Below are positions 7,778 to 12,044 of a stretch of 12,044 bases of DNA, in pieces. The position numbers and the translations under genes were made by a program. The stretch covers positions 1 to 12,044 of the forward strand of contig JAVYLZ010000018.1 of assembly GCA_038740245.1 (NCBI GenBank), given 5' to 3'. Below the pieces are notes generated by a model. The model did not search any database, had not been told where the DNA came from, and saw only the letters and a program-made list of their open reading frames with translations. Every line of letters begins with the position of its first letter. Positions within the stretch are counted from its first letter, which is position 1. Source of the DNA: Candidatus Micrarchaeia archaeon. Lineage in GTDB: Archaea > Micrarchaeota > Micrarchaeia > CAILAH01.

Positions 7778-7812
7778 ATGTGTGCGCATTAGCGCAAGCG
7801 CTGTTTGCACAT

Positions 7813-7824
7813 AAAAAGAAAAAA
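7813..7824 (-). terminator. Oligo-T terminator (TTTTTTCTTTTT) after the 886-aa gene
   Basis: T-tract on the minus strand starting 8 nt after the stop codon at 7833. Confidence 0.6.
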
Positions 7825-7832
7825 GGCCTGCC

Positions 7833-10493
7833 TTAGTTCCGTGAATTCCTTGACGAGTATGCAGCAAGCCCAAGCACCAGGCCGATTATTGCCGCAGTGC
7901 CGCAGCATTCCGGGGAAGGCTCATCCTTTACACACGAACCGCCGGAGCACGAGTAGCCGGTTGAACAATCGGAATCCTGCGTGCATCCATTTGCCTGCGC
8001 AGGCAGGCCGCCCGCCTGTGGATACTGTTGCGAGCACACACCTGAAACGCATGAGTTGCCAGCACCAACATATACACATTCATAATCATGCATACAGGGA
8101 TAGGCTGCAGGCATATCAAGGGTTGCGCTGTACTTCCCTATGGGCCTTGAGCCGTCAACCTTATCATAAAACTCCTGTGTAGTTATTGTGAATTCGCTCG
8201 ATGCCTTCTTGCCCGTTGCGGGCACATATGCATACATGGTTATTGTTGCGTCATACTCACGGGGCGGATAAGGCACATAAACCGCGCCGTCGCTCAGCGG
8301 CACATCATAGGAGTATGAGCGGTGCGCGTTTTCGCCGCTGAACTGCACATCAACGCGGATGACTGCGCCACCGCTGATTTTGTTGCCGTTCTGGTCGTGC
8401 AGGTCAATCTCAACCTCGCTGCCATTAAGGGCTTCAAGATCGGTGCGCAGGTCTGATGCGCCGGCACCCGTGCCCGAATAGCCAATCGGCTCGCCAATAT
8501 CCCACCTGCCATTGGAGTTTAGGTCCTGGTAGGCGCCGTGCATCACGAATATCCTGTCAAGTTGCGTGAGCTTCGCATCTTTGTCATAATACTCATAAAG
8601 CGGTGCATAGCCGGATGCATTGAGCGCAACGTATAGATCGTGCAGCGTCTCAACGTGCCGCACACCCCTCCCATCGCCAAAATCGCGCTTGCTTTTGTAT
8701 GCATCCCAAAGCGTTTGCAGTGGGACCACCACAAAATCATCGTCCATCCCGCCACGCGACTGCGGCGAGTCCCTCAGGTCCACGAGCAGCGATGCAATCG
8801 CCATCTCCTCCATCATGCTGGGATCGCTGTACTCGTTCTTTTCCCTGAACACCTTCTCCCTCATCTGGTAATTCAGCTCAAGGTCAAACGCGACGCCACG
8901 GATGCGGTACAAATCATAGTCCTTGTTGTCCTTGTAATGGTTCTTCATCTCCCAAGCGCAGTATTCGGCCCAGCCCTCAATCAGGCCAAAGCCGGAGTTG
9001 GGGTTTGTGTAGTAGCCGCCGTGGTCCACACCAGCAAGCTTTATTTGCCCTTTGTATATCTCATCCTGTATGTGGTGGCAGTATTCGTGGTAGATTGTGT
9101 CTTCAACATAAGGAGAAGTAATGAGGGAACTGTTTGGGAGCAAATACATACCTCCTGCATAGCCAGCATTTGGGCCTGACTCATCACGGTGCATGTTGCC
9201 CCTAGGATTGTTCACATAAATGCGCTCGGGCACCGTCGGCTTGATATTGAGCACATTTTCCTTATAGTCAATTGCCTTCTGCGCGGTCACATACACTTTT
9301 GCTGCACCCGGTATGCCCGCAACCTTATGGCTTGTAAGGTCCATCTGGTAATTCTGAAGGCGCGGGTCTGTGACCGGCACGTTATCTTCATATGAATATG
9401 CGAGCTGGAAGGTAGGGCTGTTTTCAACAAGAAATAGGCGGCCCAGCGACTCGTTGAATTTCAATGTTACATACAGCTCGGCACCTTGTTGGAATGCCTT
9501 GGGGTCACCCCACGTGAACTTGCCCGCCCCATCTGTTGCGAGGTATCCGTACGCGAGGTTGCGAGTATCCTTAACCGAAATCATCTCAACCTGCACAAAT
9601 TTCAAGGGCACTTTCCTGCCGCCTGCATCATAATAAAACACTTCGCCACTGATAACAGGCGTTTTGCAGCGCTGTGTACCCTCACAGCCCTGCGGGCACT
9701 GCTCCTGCGCGTAAGCGCACTCGCCTGTTGCCGGGTCGCAAGCGCCATTTGTATGCATTATCCCGTTTTCGCACTTGTCGGGGCACTCAACATTTTTGCA
9801 CTTGCTCTGCTGCTGTGCAGGTGGCGGGTTCCTGCAGTTAATCTTCTGGAATGTTTCGCCGCCGTAAGGGCAGTTGCACGAGCAGTCAACTATCCCCTCA
9901 CTCCACTCAACGGACACAACGGCGGCACACTCATCGCCAAGCCTGCCCTTGCAGTAGAGGTTGCAATACTCAAGATACTCGCGCTGGCCATAGCACGGCC
10001 TTTTTTCAGCGGGCTGCTGCTGGGTTGGTGCGGCCGCACCGCAATCGCTCACGCATTTCTCCTGCACCGGCCTGCAATATTTTTCGTTTAGCTCGTCATA
10101 GCACTCCGTCTCCTTGCCCCTGCAGTAATCATCAAGCTCGGAGTAGCCAGCCTGTATCTCATTCGCCCTCATGCAGTCCATATAAATCGGCCCGCACCTG
10201 CTCTCCATCTCGGCGCGGTATGCAGCACCCGGCACGTCATAATACTGAGAGCCTTCATCACGGACCCCGCGCTTGCAACGGCGGTATTCCCATATGCAGT
10301 CAAATGCGCACTGCTCTTTTTCTGAGAGCTTCTCATACGCGCTCATATCCTCCAGCTTGCAGTAGGATTCAGTGCAGTCCCATATTTGGTAATCCGGATT
10401 TTCGCAGTTGAGCGCGCAGCTCATGTAATCATAAATGGGCGCAGAATACGCAGCTGATAATGCTAGCACAAAGAGCAGGAGGGTTTTTTTCAT
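7833..10493 (-). CDS. Secreted, C-terminally anchored Cys-rich protein with a gluzincin-like zinc metallopeptidase domain
   Basis: Signal peptide MKKTLLLFVLALSAAYSA; Cys-rich N-terminal modules; HEYCH (HEXXH) followed by LIEGWAEY; DLNSNGRWD Ca-binding-like loop; small Cys-rich C-terminal modules; CCG+TM+basic tail. TATA-like TTTTTAAT about 25 nt upstream. Confidence 0.8.
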   Translation of the reverse strand: MKKTLLLFVLALSAAYSAPIYDYMSCALNCENPDYQIWDCTESYCKLEDMSAYEKLSEKEQCAFDCIWEYRRCKRGVRDEGSQYYDVPGAAYRAEMESRCGPIYMDCMRANEIQAGYSELDDYCRGKETECYDELNEKYCRPVQEKCVSDCGAAAPTQQQPAEKRPCYGQREYLEYCNLYCKGRLGDECAAVVSVEWSEGIVDCSCNCPYGGETFQKINCRNPPPAQQQSKCKNVECPDKCENGIMHTNGACDPATGECAYAQEQCPQGCEGTQRCKTPVISGEVFYYDAGGRKVPLKFVQVEMISVKDTRNLAYGYLATDGAGKFTWGDPKAFQQGAELYVTLKFNESLGRLFLVENSPTFQLAYSYEDNVPVTDPRLQNYQMDLTSHKVAGIPGAAKVYVTAQKAIDYKENVLNIKPTVPERIYVNNPRGNMHRDESGPNAGYAGGMYLLPNSSLITSPYVEDTIYHEYCHHIQDEIYKGQIKLAGVDHGGYYTNPNSGFGLIEGWAEYCAWEMKNHYKDNKDYDLYRIRGVAFDLELNYQMREKVFREKNEYSDPSMMEEMAIASLLVDLRDSPQSRGGMDDDFVVVPLQTLWDAYKSKRDFGDGRGVRHVETLHDLYVALNASGYAPLYEYYDKDAKLTQLDRIFVMHGAYQDLNSNGRWDIGEPIGYSGTGAGASDLRTDLEALNGSEVEIDLHDQNGNKISGGAVIRVDVQFSGENAHRSYSYDVPLSDGAVYVPYPPREYDATITMYAYVPATGKKASSEFTITTQEFYDKVDGSRPIGKYSATLDMPAAYPCMHDYECVYVGAGNSCVSGVCSQQYPQAGGLPAQANGCTQDSDCSTGYSCSGGSCVKDEPSPECCGTAAIIGLVLGLAAYSSRNSRN

Positions 10494-10539
10494 AGAGCAG
10501 TTTAAGCCCGAAGAATTAAAAATAGAACGGCCAGTGAAT

Positions 10540-11355
10540 TCATTGGATGCTTCTTTTCGGTCCGGTCCTTCCCTTAGGCATTATCTCATCTAGACGCTTC
10601 CTCTTGCGAAGCTCGTTGTAAAGGCTGAAGTAGGATTTCAGGAGTTCTGTGCGTGACTTTACCCAATTCACAAGGCAGTAATCACGCCCCATCTCAACAA
10701 GCTCGCCGTCAGTTAAAAGATTCCAATTGCGCTTGGGGCGCTTGTGGAATGACTCTGGGATCACCTTGCCAAGCAGCTTGCGCTTAAGGAGGTGGGTATA
10801 CAAGGTTGGGGAGCGTATGTGAAGATGCGAGCGCTTGGTGATGTTCTCATTCAGGCAAATGCCAAGTGCAATGCCTACAAGCTCATCATCGCTTTTAGAG
10901 GACAAATACTCAATCTGCTTGGCGCTGAGGCCCACTGTGTCCAGCATATTCCTGTACCTTAGTGCGTGGTAAAGCTTGGGGTTTAGCTTGTAAAGCTCGC
11001 CTCTTGAAGTTATGCCGTTTTTCCTGCAATATTCAACTCCAAGCACCAGCATATCATTGTCATCTGTGGGCCAGCGCACGGGGACGCTCTTGGTCCTTGA
11101 ATTGGGGATAACCTGCGGCAGAAGTCTGCGCATGTTAAGCGTTTGGTAAAGGCCAGCATCCTCAATAAAAAGCTCTTTGCGCATCGTAATCTTATGCTTT
11201 TTGCAGAATGAGCGTGCGTACTCCACAAGTTCAGAATCCATCATCCGCGCATAAAAGCCGCGGGGCTTTCTCATGGGGCCCTCGCTTTTCACATCCGGAA
11301 ATTTGCGCCTGACATTCTCTTTTTTAACATCAAACTGCTGCTTTTTTGATTGCAT
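10540..11355 (-). CDS. Basic hypothetical protein with four ~58-aa internal repeats
   Basis: Four copies of D-x-(E/D)-(L/M)-x7-C-x7-R-x2-L-x6-LY-x2-L-x2-R-x2-L. ATG at 11355 is preferred to TTG 11373 because CTTAAATA (11378-11385) sits at leaderless spacing. Confidence 0.8.
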   Translation of the reverse strand: MQSKKQQFDVKKENVRRKFPDVKSEGPMRKPRGFYARMMDSELVEYARSFCKKHKITMRKELFIEDAGLYQTLNMRRLLPQVIPNSRTKSVPVRWPTDDNDMLVLGVEYCRKNGITSRGELYKLNPKLYHALRYRNMLDTVGLSAKQIEYLSSKSDDELVGIALGICLNENITKRSHLHIRSPTLYTHLLKRKLLGKVIPESFHKRPKRNWNLLTDGELVEMGRDYCLVNWVKSRTELLKSYFSLYNELRKRKRLDEIMPKGRTGPKRSIQ

Positions 11356-11373
11356 GTAATCACAGGCAATCAA

Positions 11374-11697
11374 CTAGTATTTAAGGGTTTTGCATTGGGA
11401 ACGCACCCACTTGGCATACCCATCGTTTGCATCTGCACTGAACGAGAGGATTGCTGGCACGGAATACGGGTGCGACTCGCGTATGCATAGTTCTGCACCG
11501 CGCAGGCACTGCTTAGTTGTCTTGGCAACCAATACCCACTCGCGCTGCTTTTGCACCTTGCCTTCCCACTCATAAATGCTGTGCGCCGGGAATATGTTTA
11601 CGCAGGCTGCAAGGTTTCTATTAATAAGAACAGCGCCAGCCTTCTGCGCCGACTTTAACGATGGAAAAGGGGAATACAAAACCCATACCTTTGCCAT
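11374..11697 (-). CDS. cutA: Divalent-cation tolerance protein CutA
   Basis: LAACVNIFP, SIYEWEGKV, E-x-VLVAKT, HPYSVPAI and YAKWV motifs. Confidence 0.96.
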   Translation of the reverse strand: MAKVWVLYSPFPSLKSAQKAGAVLINRNLAACVNIFPAHSIYEWEGKVQKQREWVLVAKTTKQCLRGAELCIRESHPYSVPAILSFSADANDGYAKWVRSQCKTLKY

Positions 11698-11717
11698 TTG
11701 AACCCCTTTTATTTACG

Positions 11718-11793
11718 AAGCTTTCTTTGGCATCCCGAAAGAAAGCAATGCCATTTCTTTGCAAGCTTTCTTTGGCATCCCGAAAGAAAGCTT
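11718..11793. repeat. Two identical 29-bp palindromic units AAGCTTTCTTTGGCATCCCGAAAGAAAGC separated by 16 bp (45-bp period)
   Basis: Copies at 11718-11746 and 11763-11791, each with a GCTTTCTTT/AAAGAAAGC 9-bp stem. Confidence 0.9.
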
Positions 11794-11794
11794 A

Positions 11795-11943
11795 AGCCGA
11801 GGAAGGGAATTGAACCCCTCTCTGCCGGTTTCAGTTTTCTGGCGCCTTCCCTTTTGGAGGGGTCGGGCAGACCACACTGGGAAGGGGGTGCTCCCCTTCC
11901 GCAGTGACTGCAGCCGGCCGCATAGCCAATCTGCCACCTCGGC
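11795..11943 (-). tRNA. tRNA-Cys: tRNA-Cys(GCA) with a 78-nt intron (11830-11907, most likely at position 37/38); CCA not encoded
   Basis: Acceptor GCCGAGG/CCTCGGC with U73 discriminator; D-arm GCA-GATTGGCTA-TGC; anticodon stem GCCGG/CCGGC; loop CT-GCA-G|A (anticodon at 11909-11911); T-arm AGGGG-TTCAATT-CCCTT. The spliced length is 71 nt. Confidence 0.9.
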
Positions 11944-11945
11944 AT

Positions 11946-12044
11946 AGGGGCTCCTGCGGCCCCTATCACCCCCAGCAGCCACCGCTGAGGAGGGGCTCCT
12001 GCGGCCCCTATCACCCCCAGCAGCCACCGCTGAGGAGGGGCTCC
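11946..12044. repeat. Exact 45-bp tandem repeat (AGGGGCTCCTGCGGCCCCTATCACCCCCAGCAGCCACCGCTGAGG), 2.2 copies, running off the window end
   Basis: Units start at 11946, 11991 and 12036 and are identical over the visible length. Confidence 0.9.

Noticed and set aside
7469..7873. 134-aa minus-strand ORF spanning the nurA-peptidase gap
   Set aside because: It overlaps both flanking genes, crosses the oligo-T terminator and has no recognisable protein features.
8640..10411. Long plus-strand ORFs (179, 201 and 186 aa) inside the 886-aa gene, and similar antisense ORFs in the PAS and nurA genes
   Set aside because: They are antisense shadows of well-supported genes and lack motifs or start signals.
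11718..11793. CRISPR mini-array (29-bp palindromic repeat ending in GAAAG-C)
   Set aside because: There are only two copies, the 16-bp spacer is too short, and there is no leader or cas gene in the window.
11795..11943. Alternative identity as tRNA-Ser (GGA/TGA) via an intron at 33/34 or 34/35
   Set aside because: The short variable loop and U73 discriminator fit tRNA-Cys; tRNA-Ser needs a long variable arm and G73.
11698..12027. ORFs 11698..11907, 11709..12014, 11713..12027 and 11759..11947
   Set aside because: They overlap the tRNA-Cys gene and DNA repeats; their peptide repeats simply reflect the 45-bp nucleotide period.
11946..12044. CRISPR array at the window end
   Set aside because: The units are identical head to tail, with no unique spacers.

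Overview
An archaeal chromosomal segment. It has TATA/BRE promoters about 25 nt before several start codons, a proteasome beta subunit, Pth2, NurA, DUF424 and an intron-containing tRNA without encoded CCA. The gene content and style suggest a DPANN archaeon, possibly Micrarchaeota-like (inference). It holds 13 probable CDSs: psmB, a CaCA Na+/Ca2+ exchanger, a winged-helix-like protein, a CHASE4-HAMP-3xPAS sensor with no output domain, a 72-aa basic protein with an amphipathic C-terminus, a TPR protein, DUF424, a DUF4870-like membrane protein, pth2, a stand-alone nurA, an 886-aa Cys-rich surface HEXXH metallopeptidase, a 4-repeat basic protein and cutA. There is also a tRNA-Cys(GCA) with a 78-nt intron. 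The most notable non-coding signals are (i) a candidate ~95-nt multi-hairpin ncRNA with its own BRE/TATA promoter downstream of nurA (about 7681-7777), (ii) a tRNA-Cys intron with no canonical bulge-helix-bulge motif, and (iii) two different hairpin-forming repeats, each with a 45-bp period, abutting both ends of that tRNA. Family assignments are from motif recognition by eye; no searches were run.
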